Program-made: the position numbers and the translations under genes | Notes under the pieces: model-generated | Seen by the model: only the letters and a program-made list of their open reading frames with translations | What the model was told of the DNA's origin: nothing | Databases searched by the model: none | From: Balanoglossus misakiensis | Taxonomy: Eukaryota > Animalia > Hemichordata | Direction: 5' to 3' | DNA: 64,000 nucleotides | NCBI GenBank assembly: GCA_040954595.2 | Contig: CM082597.2 | Location: forward strand, 9,517,778 to 9,581,777 | Shown here: piece after piece, positions 62,914 through 64,000 of the stretch | Position numbering within the stretch: the stretch's first letter is position 1 | Layout of the letters: every line of letters begins with the position of its first letter

Positions 62914-63125
62914 CGATAGGTGTGTAGATGATTGGTTGTGTCAGCGGTGTGCGAAACTTAAAAAGTTAATGGGAATACATCAAAATCTTATTCCGATAGT
63001 TAGAGGTGATCCCCTTTCAGCCAAAATGGCCACTGACTTATCACGTGATGCATGGTTGTCCCCATAGTAACTATAGACTAAACAACCGGAAGTAATACAG
63101 CGCCCTCGCGAGGCGGGGCGTAGGT
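62914..63125 (-). promoter_or_regulatory. Probable USP2 non-coding first exon and promoter
   Basis: Minus-strand donor G|gtaagt at 62913. Cluster of AAAATGGC (YY1-like, ~63023), CCGGAAGT (ETS, ~63087), CTCGCGAG and GGCGGGGC (GC box) in a locally CpG-rich patch. Confidence 0.55.
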
Positions 63126-64000
63126 CGTCATTTGTTTTGCTGTTGTGATGTTTGATCTTGTTATCATTCGTCTCAGCAGGTTTGATGAACCATCGACAAG
63201 TGGAAGACACTAGAACATGAGAAATATGTTGTGACAAGAAAGATTACGCCCACCACCTCCTACGTTTATCGTAAAAATGGCAAGTAGAAGTAACCCAGAC
63301 CCCGGTGAAATATTGCAATTCAATGAAATTCAAGAAAGGGGAAAGCACGGACAAACAGTAAGAGTAATCGGCAGGTAATTTGCTTTGTAAAATTATTTCA
63401 CTGATCAGTGATAACACTAAACAGATCACATTCTCAAGAGACTGTGTGCACTGATCAATGATCTACATCCAAGACTTGTGAAAAGGCAGAATGATGATGC
63501 TGTGGAGCGAGTGAACTCCAACCATACCCAAACTATAAACTGCCAACGAACAAAAAAATACGTGACCATATTTTGAAACAAACAAACTTGTTTTGTTTAT
63601 ATATCAATCAGTAGCAACAAACATACACACTACAAACAAGGAGGAAGAGCTCCCTGTACAGGAGACAGGGTGGGACCCGGGGTGTCACACCAAGTGTTCC
63701 ATCCGGGATGGCCAGTGTCAACACAGGGGATACATGTCCCCCTTTGAAAGAAAATTTGAGGGGGGATTCCACTCTGGCAAGGTGGGAATATAATATCTCT
63801 AACATGTGAGTGACATCATTTTAAGGGGTACTGGTCCCTCGTTGACAAATTGGTAGGGGGTGCCAACATGTCAGCGGGGTGAATCCCCCCGGGCCCGGTG
63901 TAGATGAAACAGCCGTGTCATTTGTGCTTTGTACAAGCTGGTTAGCCGCTGTGTTTACAGTCACCTCTAATTTAAATATGTCTAGTATATTATGGTCAAA

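Noticed and set aside
1-64000. Prokaryotic-type systems (CRISPR array, operons, defence islands)
   Set aside because: The genes are spliceosomal-intron-containing animal genes, and no regularly spaced repeat-spacer array was seen.

Overview
AT-rich, repeat-dense animal genomic DNA, most likely a marine invertebrate deuterostome (inferred, not shown). It is not prokaryotic, so most short six-frame ORFs are noise. Three spliced genes were rebuilt by hand. (1) RBBP5 on + (14 coding exons, 1643-16265, 531 aa). (2) A two-exon death-domain-only gene on + (24640-25301, 118 aa). (3) A USP2/USP21-family deubiquitinase on - (11 coding exons, 61667-32226, 636 aa) with a clear GT-AG U12-type minor intron (45313-43308). 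The rest is transposon-derived: a degraded AcademX-like element, AcademH-type foldbacks with 9-bp TSDs, a Gmr1-type Gypsy remnant, a second Gypsy remnant, RTE and CR1/L2 fragments, and many TTAA- and TA-target MITEs, some nested. The most unusual signal is five sequence-unrelated elements sharing one architecture: an inverted-repeat-bounded spacer next to a long hairpin with CGAG-opposite-CGAG mismatches, predicted to fold well on only one strand. Also notable are an RTE fragment bracketed by an inverted duplication that carries templated RTE snippets, and strong U2 donors just inside the U12 intron. All coordinates were read by eye and may be off by a few bases.
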